Below the pieces are notes generated by a model that saw only the letters and a list, made by a program, of their open reading frames with translations, did no database searches and was not told the origin of the DNA. The translations under genes were made by a program, and so were the position numbers. DNA of 63,771 nt, filler included, from Craspedostauros australis (lineage: Eukaryota): NCBI GenBank assembly GCA_030167865.1. It is 5 parts of 5 records of this genome, joined end to end, with 100 filler letters (N's around TTAATTAATTAA, not from the genome) between each part and the next. Parts side by side here need not be neighbours in the genome. Positions count along the whole stretch, not along the records: positions 60,110 to 63,771 come from JALAGF010003856.1; 4 more parts are not named here. One strand, 5' to 3'. Positions 63,492 to 63,771 of this stretch are shown here, piece after piece (position 1 is the stretch's first letter; every line of letters begins with the position of its first letter).

Positions 63492-63771
63492 NNNNNNNNN
63501 NNNNNNNNNNNNNNNNNNNNNNNNNNNNNNNNNNNNNNNNNNNNNNNNNNNNNNNTGAATAAGAAGATGTACATATTTGATAGCAGGACGGCAATCAGAT
63601 TCATCCAGATTCTGGCAACAAATATGGCCGCCAAGAATGCAGTCACCACCCCACACATTAGCTTCTGCCAACCAAAGGGGGCTCATTTGACAATGGTGCG
63701 GATGCGCACACTGGCAAACATGATATGCTTCTCTTGTATGTATGCCTCATGTGGTCTTGGAACTGAACTCC

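Noticed and set aside
111..63686. Hundreds of short overlapping or antisense ORFs in the ORF track
   Set aside because: Shadows of GC-rich coding regions or microsatellite-derived frames with no recognisable motifs.

Overview
Eukaryotic genomic DNA, almost certainly from a diatom (inferred from a DUF6824-type gene, Ambal-like LINEs, a CoDi-like copia and diatom-style hybrid kinase and subtilase architectures). The window is not one locus. Four 100-nt N-TTAATTAATTAA-N linkers join five contigs (1-31411, 31512-43073, 43174-47943, 48044-60009, 60110-63771), so adjacency across linkers means nothing. Mobile DNA: three Ambal-like APE-RT-RNaseH non-LTR retrotransposons (one near full length with a single in-frame TGA, one with an intact ORF2, one decayed 3' remnant) and the 3' end plus LTR of a copia element. 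Host genes: gamma-carbonic anhydrase-like, DnaJ, GT31, p24/GOLD, a SET fusion protein, DUF6824 protein, mitochondrial intermediate peptidase, SEM1/DSS1, an APC16-like peptide, a hybrid histidine kinase and a subtilase. The most notable candidates are: (1) a Set2-like methyltransferase fused to Tudor-like, KH-like, cyclin-like and catalytically dead CDK-like modules; (2) a Crinkler/RHS-like NTPase-nuclease gene embedded antisense in a tandem array of four Myb/SANT-like paralogs, with palindromic repeats in the divergent intergenic region; (3) a covarying RNA structure shared by two LINE 3'UTRs; (4) a structured box C/D-like RNA in the gamma-CA intron. All domain calls are by-eye motif recognition; no searches were run.
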